Below are positions 1-9,365 of a DNA stretch of 64,000 nt, piece after piece (position 1 is the stretch's first letter; the number at the start of each line of letters is the position of its first letter). Made by a program: the position numbers and the translations under genes. Below the pieces are notes generated by a model. The model made no database searches. It was not told the origin of the DNA and saw only the letters and a list, made by a program, of their open reading frames with translations. The DNA is from Promethearchaeota archaeon (GTDB lineage: Archaea > Asgardarchaeota > Thorarchaeia > Thorarchaeales > Thorarchaeaceae), in the NCBI GenBank assembly GCA_048939765.1, contig JBHLPF010000007.1, positions 17,241-81,240 on the forward strand. The letters are read 5' to 3'.

Positions 1-1585
1 CAAAGTAGTAGCCATCCTCGTTGAAGCGGCCTCCATCACCTGTCATGTACATTGGACGACCAGTGTCGGGATCCTTGTACTGTACCCAGTAGGTGTTCTT
101 GAACCGCTCATGGTCTCCGTAGACTGTCCTCATCAGACCAGGCCATGGCTCACGGATACAGATGTAGCCACCCTCGTTGGCGTTAACCGGTTGTCCACCC
201 TCATCAACTATTACAGGTTTCACACCAAAGAATGGCTGAGTTGTGCTACCAGGAATAGTAGCAGTAGCACCAGGCAGAGGGGTGAATATCACACCACCGG
301 TTTCAGTCTGCCAATAGGTATCTACTATTGGACACTTCTCCTTACCAATCTGTTCGTGATACCACATCCAAGCCTCAGGGTTGATGGGCTCACCAACTGT
401 ACCTAGCAAGTTGAGCGAGCTCAGGTTGTGCTTCTTCACTGGGTCCTCACCGAACCTCATCAGAGCCCTGATGGCGGTGGGAGCAGTGTAGAACTGATTG
501 ACCTTCCAGCGCTCGACCTCTAGCCAGAAGCGGTCGTTGTCTGGGTACGTAGGAGTCCCTTCGAACATCATACTTGTAGCGCCTGCGGAGAGAGGCCCAT
601 AGACAATGTATGAGTGGCCTGTGATCCAACCGATGTCGGCAGTGCACCAGTAGACATCGCCAGGGTGCCAGTCGAAGATTGTCTTGAAGGTGTAGGTCGT
701 ATATGTCATGTACCCTCCAACAGTGTGTAGAACACCCTTTGGCTTACCAGTTGAACCAGAGGTGTAGAGGATGAACAGTGGATCCTCAGCGTTAAGCCAC
801 TCAGGCTCGCACTTGTCATCGACCTTTGCGTACTCCTCATGGTACCAGACGTCTCTGGACTCGTCCCAAGGAGTGTCCTCAACGTCCATTCTCTGTACAA
901 CGAGCACTTTTTCGACAATTGAGATGTCCTCAAGTGCATTGTCGGCGTTCTTCTTCTGGGGCACAATCTTGCCGTTTCTGTAGTAAGCATCAGCTGTGAT
1001 GAGGAGCTTGCTCTGACAGTCCACAATTCTGTCCTTCAGTGAGTCAGCAGTGAAACCACCGAAGACAATGCTGTGAACAGCGCCAATTCTTGCACAGGCC
1101 AACATGATGATGGCCAACTCTGGAATCATTGGCATGTAGATAGTTACCGTGTCACCTCTCTTCAGACCGAGATTCTTCAAGACATTGGCTGCCTTATTGA
1201 CCTCGCTCAGAAGCTCCTTGTAGGTGTAAGTCTTGGACTCATCCAGAGGGTCACCCTGCCAGATGAGCGCTATCTGGTCACCATTGCCAGCCTCAACATG
1301 CTTGTCCAGACAGTTGTAGGCCATGTTTGTGACGCCGTCCTCAAACCAAGTGAATCGAATGCCATCAACATCCTTCCACTCGAACCCCTTGGTAGGCGCC
1401 TTCTTCCAGTAAATCAAATCCTTAGTGATCTTGAGCCAGAACTCGTCGGGATTCTTGATAGACTCCTTCCAGATCTTCATCCTCTCCTCTTGGCTCTTGA
1501 TATAGGCCTTCTCGACGAAGCTCTGTGGAGGCGGGAATCGCCGCTCCTCGTGGCTCGTGACAGTGATTTTCTTCTCTTCGGCCAT
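1..1585 (-). CDS. acs: AMP-forming acetyl-CoA synthetase (C-terminus lies outside the window)
   Basis: Absent from the ORF track because it runs off the window edge. My minus-strand translation from the ATG (complement of 1583-1585) reads MAEEKKITVTSHEERRFPPPQSF...WFEDGVTNMAYNCLDKH. The AMP-binding signature ILYTSGSTGKPKGVLHTVGGY sits at about 710-772, in frame with that start. Confidence 0.9.
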   Translation of the reverse strand, partial: MAEEKKITVTSHEERRFPPPQSFVEKAYIKSQEERMKIWKESIKNPDEFWLKITKDLIYWKKAPTKGFEWKDVDGIRFTWFEDGVTNMAYNCLDKHVEAGNGDQIALIWQGDPLDESKTYTYKELLSEVNKAANVLKNLGLKRGDTVTIYMPMIPELAIIMLACARIGAVHSIVFGGFTADSLKDRIVDCQSKLLITADAYYRNGKIVPQKKNADNALEDISIVEKVLVVQRMDVEDTPWDESRDVWYHEEYAKVDDKCEPEWLNAEDPLFILYTSGSTGKPKGVLHTVGGYMTYTTYTFKTIFDWHPGDVYWCTADIGWITGHSYIVYGPLSAGATSMMFEGTPTYPDNDRFWLEVERWKVNQFYTAPTAIRALMRFGEDPVKKHNLSSLNLLGTVGEPINPEAWMWYHEQIGKEKCPIVDTYWQTETGGVIFTPLPGATATIPGSTTQPFFGVKPVIVDEGGQPVNANEGGYICIREPWPGLMRTVYGDHERFKNTYWVQYKDPDTGRPMYMTGDGGRFNEDGYYF

Positions 1586-1726
1586 GGAATTATCACCATA
1601 AGCAACGTTGCTTTGGTTGTCCGCGCGAGGTCACGCCCTTAAGAAGATTTGCCAATAGTGCAAGTTTCTGTGGTCCTTGGAGAACGTGAACCCAATTCAT
1701 AGGAGTGAGCATGGGGAGTAATACAT

Positions 1727-1770
1727 GAAAAAGAAACTGAGTGAGGCCGCGGACTGATGTCCCAGGCCTC
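1727..1770 (-). terminator. Hairpin plus T-tract downstream of the MFS transporter gene
   Basis: Inverted repeat GAGGCC-GC-GGAC-TGAT-GTCC-CA-GGCCTC at 1743-1770, followed on the minus strand by TTTCTTTTTC (1727-1736). Confidence 0.35.
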
Positions 1771-1787
1771 AAACGGAATTGATTGTG

Positions 1788-3077
1788 CTATTGAGCAGAC
1801 TTACGCATGAACTTCAGAACAATTGTGAGAATCACAGCAATGATTGCAAGCACACCGGTGACAACAAAGGCCATGAAATAGGAACCAGTTGCATCGACTA
1901 TAGGACCAGCAACAAAAGCACCAGTGATTCCAGCAATTCCATAGGCTGTGAACACCACGCCATAATTCTTGCCAACATTCTTGGAGCCCCAGAAGTCAGC
2001 AGTTGCTGATGGAAACAGTGCGAAGTTGCCACCGAAGCAGAAACCTATGAGTGACGCAATGAGCATGACTGCGACCCAGTCAACAGCCAAGGTTGTGATG
2101 TATGCAAATGTGAACATGCCAATGGCGAGAACCAGAAACATTGTAACCATGGTGTTCGCCCGTCCGAGTCTGTCTGAAACTGCACCCCAGACAATCCTGC
2201 CTGCTGCATTCAATAGACTCATGACACCAACAATGACGGCTGCAAATGCTGCACCACCCATCGGATCGACCTCTACAGCTGCACTCTTCACATTCCCGAG
2301 TGTCATGAGACCCGCAGTGGCTGCAAACACGAACATGAGCCATAGTAACCAGAAGCTTGCTGTTCTAATCATCTCACCCGGCAGGATATCTAGACCCTTT
2401 CCATCTGCAGTAGTCGTGGGGGGCGTGTAACCTACAGGAAGCCAGCCGTCTGGAGGATTTGTAAGGACTTGAGCACCAAGAACCACCAGAACAAGATAGG
2501 CGACACCTAGAATTAAGAAAGGTGCCCCCACCTGCAGAGTTGTCGGAACATTGAACATGCCAAGCAAGAAATCCTCAACATAACCAAAGACAAGTGCACC
2601 GCCTCCAAAGCCAGCAACAGCAATACCGGTGATTGTGCCCTTCTTATCTGGGAACCACTTCACGAGCGCCGCAATTGGGCATACATAGGCAAATCCAATC
2701 CCAGCTCCACCGATGATTCCGTATGTGATGATTAGCCACATAGTCCCAATCATCTCGTTGCCAGCTGCTACTATATCTACCATGAAAGCCAGTATATAGC
2801 CAGCACCTAGAAGCACACCGCCTACAGTAGCAACCTTCCGTGGACCAACCCTATCCTGCCATCTTCCAGCAAATATCATGAACAGCGCAAATGAAGCCAG
2901 ACCAGCTGCAAATGGCAGCTGAGTAAAGAACGCAGACCATGTATATGCGCCGCCTCTGAGGGCTGTTTGGAAGAAGGACCAGGCGTAGATTGAACCTAGA
3001 CACAATTGGACTATGATTGCACCGATAATCACGAGATTTCGGTTTCCAACCTTTTCTTCAGACATCAGATCATTCAC
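1788..3077 (-). CDS. MFS transporter, oxalate/formate antiporter (OFA)-like
   Basis: 429-aa ORF, strongly hydrophobic with a roughly 12-TM pattern. The N-terminus LVIIGAIIVQLCLGSIYAWSFF is typical of OFA-family MFS proteins. Confidence 0.75.
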   Translation of the reverse strand: MNDLMSEEKVGNRNLVIIGAIIVQLCLGSIYAWSFFQTALRGGAYTWSAFFTQLPFAAGLASFALFMIFAGRWQDRVGPRKVATVGGVLLGAGYILAFMVDIVAAGNEMIGTMWLIITYGIIGGAGIGFAYVCPIAALVKWFPDKKGTITGIAVAGFGGGALVFGYVEDFLLGMFNVPTTLQVGAPFLILGVAYLVLVVLGAQVLTNPPDGWLPVGYTPPTTTADGKGLDILPGEMIRTASFWLLWLMFVFAATAGLMTLGNVKSAAVEVDPMGGAAFAAVIVGVMSLLNAAGRIVWGAVSDRLGRANTMVTMFLVLAIGMFTFAYITTLAVDWVAVMLIASLIGFCFGGNFALFPSATADFWGSKNVGKNYGVVFTAYGIAGITGAFVAGPIVDATGSYFMAFVVTGVLAIIAVILTIVLKFMRKSAQ

Positions 3078-3221
3078 CTGAATAATAGTCGAGTCTTGTG
3101 CCGTCGCGCGAGGTTACTAACTGATAAGGGTTCTTACATGACAACAGGTTGTCCGCGTGTTATTTGGAAACGCCTATATGCAGTCTTAGCCGGCATCGGC
3201 CTGTTCAAAAGAGGGATTTCA

Positions 3222-5108
3222 ATGTCAGGAGTCAGATGGGACGAAAAGTACAAGGAGAGGATAATTTCATCCAAGAGTGCCATCAAGAAGATCAAGAGGG
3301 GTGCACGCATCTTCCTAGGAACTGGGTGTGGAGTGCCATATCATTTGGTACAGGAGCTAGCGACTCATGCGGACCAGATGTCGGACAATGAGATAGTCCA
3401 TCTGTTGACTCTAGGCGACACACCTTCCGCAGACCCAAAGTTCCAGGAACAATTCAGGCACAACACCTTCTTCGTATCAGAGAACATCCGTGAAGCAGTT
3501 TCAGAGGGGCGAGCTGACTACTCACCTATAATGCTCTCTGATATTCCTCGTCTCTTTCGGACCAAGAGAATGCCTCTCGATGTTGCATTGATTCAGATTA
3601 GCCCGCCTGATGAGCATGGGTTCAGCTCATTGGGCATCTCGGTCGACATCACAAAGTCTGCTGCAGAGAGTGCAGACCTTGTCATAGCTCAAGTCAACGA
3701 CAAAATGCCCGTCACACATGGAGATTCATTCATTGACATCAAAGATATCGACTATCTGGTTCCATATAATGAGCCTCTGAGGGAGTTCATGTCGCATGAG
3801 GGGGATGAAACCATAGACCTGATTGGCTCCTATGTAGCACGACTCATCGAGAATGAGTCTACTCTGGAGCTAGGGATAGGTGCCTTACCACAGGCCGTCT
3901 GCACTAATCTGGAGGAAACTGGTGTCAAAGACCTTGGAATCCACACCGAGATGTTCAGCGACAGTCTAGTTCCTCTCATAGAGAGTGGAGTTGTCACGAA
4001 CAAGAAGAAGAGCATTCACAGAGGACAGGTCATCGCTAGTTTTGCCATGGGAACAAAGAAACTCTACGATTACATCGATAACAATCCAATGTTTCACTTT
4101 CATGACACAGCCTACGTCAATGACCCATATGTCATAGGTCAGAACAAAAAGATGATAGCTATCAACTCGGCGCTTGAGATTGACCTGACAGGCCAGGTAT
4201 GTGCAGACTCGATTGGTCATAAGTTCTACAGTGGGATTGGCGGTCAGGTAGATTTCATCCGTGGAGCGTCAAGGTCACCAGGTGGGAAAGCTATTATTTG
4301 TATGCAGTCTACAGCCATGGATGGTAAGGTTTCACGGATTGTGCCGCGACTAAGTGAGGGAGCAGGGGTAGTTACGACACGGGGAGATGTTGATGTCGTT
4401 ATAACCGAGTTTGGCCTGGCTATATTGCACGGCAAGACCATCAGAGAACGAGTGCTATCACTGATTGCAGTTGCACATCCGGATTTCAGAAATGAGTTGC
4501 TTGAGGCAGCAAAGAAGATGCACTATGTCTTCGAGGATCAGGTACCGTTTCAAGTGAAGGGAACTTACTTCCCAACAGAATATGAATACCAAGAATCATT
4601 CAAAGGTGTCGAGGGACCTATCAACGTCCGCTTTAGACTCACTCGGCCAGACGATTCGGACAGGATAAAGGATCTATTCTATGGCCTCTCAGAAGAGAGC
4701 ATATACTTCAGGTTCTTGACACCCCTGAGGAGTCTACCCCGACGCACCCTGCAAGACTTCTACGATGTGGATGCCGACCGTGATGTATCGATTGTGGCAG
4801 TAGTCAGTCCAGGCACTGAGGGTAAAGCAGAGAGAATCATAGGAGCAGGGAGGTATTTGCTCAATAGAAGCACCAACGAGGCTGAGTTTGCACTTCTTGT
4901 TCGAGATGAGTATCAAGGAATTGGAATTGGGAGTTTCATGCTAACTCATCTGATGAGGATTGCTAAGAGCAAAGGCGTAGACGCCTTTGTTGCTTTCGTA
5001 CACCCGAAGAATCAGCCTATGATCAGGTTTCTGCATAAGACGGGCAAGATAGTTGAAAGTCATCTGAGCATTCAGGACGACGAGTATACCTTCAAGCTCA
5101 AACTCTAA
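3222..5108 (+). CDS. Acetyl-CoA hydrolase/transferase (4-hydroxybutyrate CoA-transferase-like) domain fused to a C-terminal GNAT acetyltransferase domain, copy 1
   Basis: ORF 3006..5108. The start is moved to the ATG at 3222 (MSGVRWDEKYK) by alignment with the paralog start MACEEWTDKYK. CoA-transferase motifs: GTGCGVP, SPPDEHGFSSLGISVD, STLELGIG, INSALEIDLTGQV, FYSGIGGQVDF. C-terminal GNAT: LSEESIYFRFL, AEFALLV, YQGIGIGSFML. Confidence 0.8.
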   Translation: MSGVRWDEKYKERIISSKSAIKKIKRGARIFLGTGCGVPYHLVQELATHADQMSDNEIVHLLTLGDTPSADPKFQEQFRHNTFFVSENIREAVSEGRADYSPIMLSDIPRLFRTKRMPLDVALIQISPPDEHGFSSLGISVDITKSAAESADLVIAQVNDKMPVTHGDSFIDIKDIDYLVPYNEPLREFMSHEGDETIDLIGSYVARLIENESTLELGIGALPQAVCTNLEETGVKDLGIHTEMFSDSLVPLIESGVVTNKKKSIHRGQVIASFAMGTKKLYDYIDNNPMFHFHDTAYVNDPYVIGQNKKMIAINSALEIDLTGQVCADSIGHKFYSGIGGQVDFIRGASRSPGGKAIICMQSTAMDGKVSRIVPRLSEGAGVVTTRGDVDVVITEFGLAILHGKTIRERVLSLIAVAHPDFRNELLEAAKKMHYVFEDQVPFQVKGTYFPTEYEYQESFKGVEGPINVRFRLTRPDDSDRIKDLFYGLSEESIYFRFLTPLRSLPRRTLQDFYDVDADRDVSIVAVVSPGTEGKAERIIGAGRYLLNRSTNEAEFALLVRDEYQGIGIGSFMLTHLMRIAKSKGVDAFVAFVHPKNQPMIRFLHKTGKIVESHLSIQDDEYTFKLKL

Positions 5109-5179
5109 TCTCCTTAGCCTGTTGGAAATCTCTATATGCCCCGTAGGACCTTGAAGCCAACAATCCAGAGGCGAAATGC

Positions 5180-7072
5180 ATGGCTTGTGAGGAATGGACT
5201 GACAAGTATAAGGACAAGATGCTGTCAGCGGAACAAGCCATAAAGAAAATCAAGCGAGGTACGCGTATCTTCCTTGGCACTGGCTGTGGAGTACCATTCC
5301 ATCTCATGCAGGAGCTGGCAAAGAACGCAAACAAGATGGCTGATAACGAGATAATCCATATGATTACTCTAGGTGACACGCCGTCTGCAGATCCGCATTT
5401 TCAAGAACGTTTCAGGCACAATACCTTCTTTGTTTCAGACAATATACGATCAGCGGTATACGAGGGCAGAGCGGACTATACTCCCACCCATCTCTCAGAC
5501 ATCCCTAGGTTCTTTAGCTCAAAGAGGATTCCATTGGATGTCGCGCTGATTCAAGTCAGTCCTCCTGACGAACATGGGTACTGCTCTCTGGGTATCTCAG
5601 TGGACATCACAAGATCGGCTGCCGAGAATGCAGATCTGGTGATTGCTCAGGTCAATGAGAATGTACCAGTCACCCATGGTGACTCGTTCTTTCATATTCG
5701 TGACATTGACTACCTTGTATGTCATAATGAGCCACTTAGGGAATATCAACCAGAAGAAACAGACGAGAAGAGTGACCTCATAGGGAGCTATGTGGCAAGG
5801 CTAATCGAGAATGAGTCAACAATAGAGCTGGGGATAGGAAGGCTTCAGAGATCTGTCGTCAAACACTTGTTGGAATCCGATGTGAGGGATCTGGGGATTC
5901 ATACGGAGCGATTCGGAGATTCCATCATCGATTTGATTGAAAGTGGCATTGTGACCAATAAGAGGAAGAGCATCAACAGGGGAAAAATCACTACAAGCTT
6001 TGCTATGGGCACACAGAAACTCTATGACTATGTTGACAATAATCCGATGTTTGAGTTTCGAGAGACTTCGTATGTCAATAATCCATCCATTATTGCGCAG
6101 AACCACAAGATGGTGGCAATCAACTCAGCTTTAGAAGTGGACCTAACGGGACAGGTGTGCTCTGACTCCATAGGTCACAGGTTCTACAGTGGTATAGGGG
6201 GGCAAGTGGACTTCATCAGAGGGGCATCCATGTCACCTGGTGGAAAGGCCATCATATGCATGACATCTACTGCATTGGATGGCACTGTTTCAAGGATTGT
6301 GCCACGTCTAAGCGAGGGAGCAGGGGTGGTGACAACACGTGGTGACGTTGAGGTAGTAATCACTGAGTATGGGCAAGCAACTCTCAGAGGAAGGACCATC
6401 CGAGAGCGTGTGTTATCACTGATTGCTATCGCGCATCCTAAGTTCCGGAACAACTTACTTGAAGCGGCGAAAGAGATGCGTTATGTATTCTCAGACCAAA
6501 TCCCGTTTCAGGTAAAAGGCACATACTTCCCCCTTGAATATGAAGCACACGAGACCTTTGATGGCCAAGAAGGCGAGATCGATGTTCGGTTCCGATTAAT
6601 CAGACCTGATGACACGGACAGAATCAAGGAGTTGTTCTATGACCTGAGCGAAGAATCGATCTTCTTCAGATTCCTTACACCTCTCGAGAGCCTCCAAAGG
6701 CAGACATTGCAAGACTTCTACAATGTAGACCAGTCAAGAGACATCAGCATTGTAGCAACAATCTGTTGTGACGAAGAGGGCACCACCGAGAAGATAATTG
6801 GTGCAGCAAGGTATCTTCTTGACTTTCATAAGAATGAGGCTGAGTTTGCCATTCTCATCCAGGATGATTACCAAAAGAGGGGTATTGGAACGTTCCTACT
6901 TTCTCACTTGATGCGAATAGCTAAGAGCAAAGGTGTGAAGGCGTTCCTTGCTTATGTGCATCCAAAGAATCAGCCCATGATTAGGTTTCTGCAGAAGTTC
7001 GGACTGTCAATGACACTGGAGAGTTATCCCAATATCCAAGAGAATGAATATGTCTTCAAATTGATCCTCTAG
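5180..7072 (+). CDS. Acetyl-CoA hydrolase/transferase domain fused to a C-terminal GNAT domain, copy 2 (tandem paralog)
   Basis: 630-aa ORF, collinear with copy 1 and roughly 70 percent identical by eye. It has the same motifs (STIELGIG, FYSGIGGQVDF, LSEESIFFRFL, AEFAILI, YQKRGIGTFLL). Confidence 0.8.
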   Translation: MACEEWTDKYKDKMLSAEQAIKKIKRGTRIFLGTGCGVPFHLMQELAKNANKMADNEIIHMITLGDTPSADPHFQERFRHNTFFVSDNIRSAVYEGRADYTPTHLSDIPRFFSSKRIPLDVALIQVSPPDEHGYCSLGISVDITRSAAENADLVIAQVNENVPVTHGDSFFHIRDIDYLVCHNEPLREYQPEETDEKSDLIGSYVARLIENESTIELGIGRLQRSVVKHLLESDVRDLGIHTERFGDSIIDLIESGIVTNKRKSINRGKITTSFAMGTQKLYDYVDNNPMFEFRETSYVNNPSIIAQNHKMVAINSALEVDLTGQVCSDSIGHRFYSGIGGQVDFIRGASMSPGGKAIICMTSTALDGTVSRIVPRLSEGAGVVTTRGDVEVVITEYGQATLRGRTIRERVLSLIAIAHPKFRNNLLEAAKEMRYVFSDQIPFQVKGTYFPLEYEAHETFDGQEGEIDVRFRLIRPDDTDRIKELFYDLSEESIFFRFLTPLESLQRQTLQDFYNVDQSRDISIVATICCDEEGTTEKIIGAARYLLDFHKNEAEFAILIQDDYQKRGIGTFLLSHLMRIAKSKGVKAFLAYVHPKNQPMIRFLQKFGLSMTLESYPNIQENEYVFKLIL

Positions 7073-7559
7073 AGCCTCCTGAAAGATCGCTGATGGTAAT
7101 TCTTGTCACTGCACCAGACTCGAGATTCGTTGGTCTGAAGCCCTTGTGAATGCTATCCACCCAATCATCTATCACATCTCTGCTTCTAAGACCCTCCATC
7201 CTTGCGACAGGATTCCCCTTCTTGAATGCCACAAGTAGGGGCACGCCCTCAACATCGAACTTCTCTGCAACACCTTTCACTTCATCTATGTTGATCTTCG
7301 CGAAATACACATGCGACTGGTAATCACTGGCAAGCGCATCAAGGACTGGTGTCATCTGTCTACAATATGGACAGTTGGACGTATAGAACTCAACAATTGC
7401 AGTCCTTGGCGTTCTGACCGTATTCATATAGCTACTGTCAGAGAGCTCATTCAGTGTTCCATTGGCAAGAGTTTCTTCTGGGCTTGCGGTTATTGCATCT
7501 TCCAAGCGTCGCGCCATGCTCTTGACGCCAATCTTGCTATTCTCTCCATTCTCTGGCAT
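7056..7559 (-). CDS. Thioredoxin-fold protein (CPYC active site)
   Basis: 167-aa ORF containing VEFYTSNCPYCRQMTPVLD...FAKINIDE...VEGVPLLVAFKKG. The true start is uncertain; an internal Met is at about 7517. Confidence 0.75.
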   Translation of the reverse strand: MPENGENSKIGVKSMARRLEDAITASPEETLANGTLNELSDSSYMNTVRTPRTAIVEFYTSNCPYCRQMTPVLDALASDYQSHVYFAKINIDEVKGVAEKFDVEGVPLLVAFKKGNPVARMEGLRSRDVIDDWVDSIHKGFRPTNLESGAVTRITISDLSGGSRGSI

Positions 7560-7704
7560 TCTAAAGCCTCTTGGATGTCGATAAGAAGTCCCAGCCTACC
7601 TTCTGCGATAATATTGAATAGTCTTTAGGCGTGGCAAATCACGTGACAGTACCTCTAGTCAATTGCAACTGTGTCAGTCCGCTTCAACAAGTCTTCTACC
7701 AGCC

Positions 7705-8040
7705 CTACACTCTCCTTATCTTCCTGAGCAGCTCCAGAGCCTTGTCATCACCGTGCCTCACTCGATAGGCCAAGATTCCTGTTCTAACCATGGCATTTCG
7801 CTGACCCTCTGGATTGTCTGGGTCGTAGTGAGTTGCAAGGAGTTCACAGGGGAACTGTTTGCAGAGGCCGCAGTGATCAAGTTTCTTTCTCGTCCCGCAC
7901 GCGAAGACTTTGCATGTGCCCCACCATGGTCTTTCGCCCGATTCACTGCACCCAACGCATGTCGGGTCGCCCTTACTCAGATAACTGGGGCAGCCGTTGC
8001 AGAGATGCCCACATGGGTTCAGCTTCATTTTATTCGCCAA
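7705..8040 (-). CDS. Cys-rich DUF3795-like protein
   Basis: 111-aa ORF. The CGHLCNGC...CVGC...CKVFAC...HCGLCKQFPCELL cysteine pattern matches my recollection of DUF3795. Confidence 0.55.
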   Translation of the reverse strand: MANKMKLNPCGHLCNGCPSYLSKGDPTCVGCSESGERPWWGTCKVFACGTRKKLDHCGLCKQFPCELLATHYDPDNPEGQRNAMVRTGILAYRVRHGDDKALELLRKIRRV

Positions 8041-8107
8041 TGAACTAGACCTCTTCAGGACGGATAAAACTAATCGCCAATGTAGCCCGGGGACTCAATG
8101 ACAGTGG

Positions 8108-8947
8108 TTGGAGCACGAAAGGAGTCTGCAAATCCTATTAAGTTCAATAATTATGGGAATCTTGTGTTTAGGACAGAGGTGGCAATGGCAGTTGGATGAT
8201 TCATTTGAGAAGCACATCAGCTCTGAGGGGGCAGAGCCCGTTGTAAGAGCGTGCTCTTGGTGTGGAAAACGTGAAACACGGGGTCGTTGGAGTGGAACTA
8301 GGTTCTCTTATTGCTCATTCAGATGTCTTGCTGCGGCCGAGCATCGAATTTCTCTGCTCATCGCGATCTTGATGACACCATTCTTCCTAGCGATCCTCCT
8401 GTTCCCTCAGGTAATGTACGAGATCATCTTGGCAGGGGCAACTCCCTACGGAACAACGAGCCCTCTCGCGCCCGGTTTCGCCGTAATCATTATACTGTTA
8501 ATCTCTGGACTCAGCATTGGGTCACTCTACGCAGCATATGTTGGATGGACTGTACGGCGAAGGAGTGACACAGTATTCATTGGCGATATGCCAGACACTC
8601 AACTCTACCCGAAACAAGGACAGTATGGCGACACGGGGCACCGCTGTGAATGGTGCGGAAGCACAAGAGTAAGTGCGTCGTGGAGCGGCAAGAGCGGCAT
8701 CTACTGTTCCCTCAGATGCAGTGCTGCAGGAGACTATCGCAGATTCATATTACTCTCAGTTCTTGTTTTTGCAATGACGAGTATTGTTGGACTATTGGCG
8801 ATCAGGACATTTACTCAGAGCCCTGGGGGACCATTGGTCTCACCCTTGGTTTTTCTATTGATCCTACTTGGGTTGGACTTGGTGTTCGCGTATCCGGCGT
8901 ATTTGGGCTGGTCGATGAACCGGACAAGGCAACGTGAGAACCTGTAG
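8108..8947 (+). CDS. Membrane protein made of two tandem [C-x2-C-x16-C-x3-C zinc-ribbon + 2 TM] modules
   Basis: 279-aa ORF with a TTG start in the track (an ATG alternative is at 8153). It contains CSWCGKRETRGRWSGTRFSYCSFRC and CEWCGSTRVSASWSGKSGIYCSLRC. Each is followed by hydrophobic helices and a YxAY[VL]GW[TS] motif. Confidence 0.6.
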   Translation: MEHERSLQILLSSIIMGILCLGQRWQWQLDDSFEKHISSEGAEPVVRACSWCGKRETRGRWSGTRFSYCSFRCLAAAEHRISLLIAILMTPFFLAILLFPQVMYEIILAGATPYGTTSPLAPGFAVIIILLISGLSIGSLYAAYVGWTVRRRSDTVFIGDMPDTQLYPKQGQYGDTGHRCEWCGSTRVSASWSGKSGIYCSLRCSAAGDYRRFILLSVLVFAMTSIVGLLAIRTFTQSPGGPLVSPLVFLLILLGLDLVFAYPAYLGWSMNRTRQRENL

Positions 8948-9123
8948 AGAATAAGAAGGGGTAGGACCAGTTTCCCAGATAGAGATTCATCAACGGATAA
9001 TGATTGATGAGTTTGCCACACTATATCCTGGGGTTTGCTGCAAGAACGAATCTGCCAGAGTCAGATGATTTCTAGGTCAACGGATGGCTGTAGCTTCCGA
9101 GTCCCTAGGAGATTAATAAGATG

Positions 9124-9201
9124 TGGTGGGCCCGGGGTGATTTGAACACCCGACATCCGCCTTATCAGAGCGGCGCAATAACCAGGCTATGCCACGGGCC
9201 C
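9124..9201 (-). tRNA. tRNA-Ile (anticodon GAU), CCA encoded
   Basis: Hand-folded: acceptor GGGCCCG/CGGGCCC, anticodon stem CCGCT/GGCGG, loop CTGATAA, T arm GGGTG-TTCAAAT-CACCC, then A-CCA. A TTTTTATC box lies about 30 nt upstream. Confidence 0.85.
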
Positions 9202-9365
9202 CGCGCTTTAGTCTGCACATAGGTCTGGATAAAAACGTATTGGCCGAGAACTGCCAGTATTCGCAAGTAGCCTTTAGAAGCCGTTTCACGCCCCCTCATG
9301 GCTTCCTCCGACATGGGAACTCTGCTATCCGTAAGTATATTTACTATAGTTAACATCCAAGAGAG

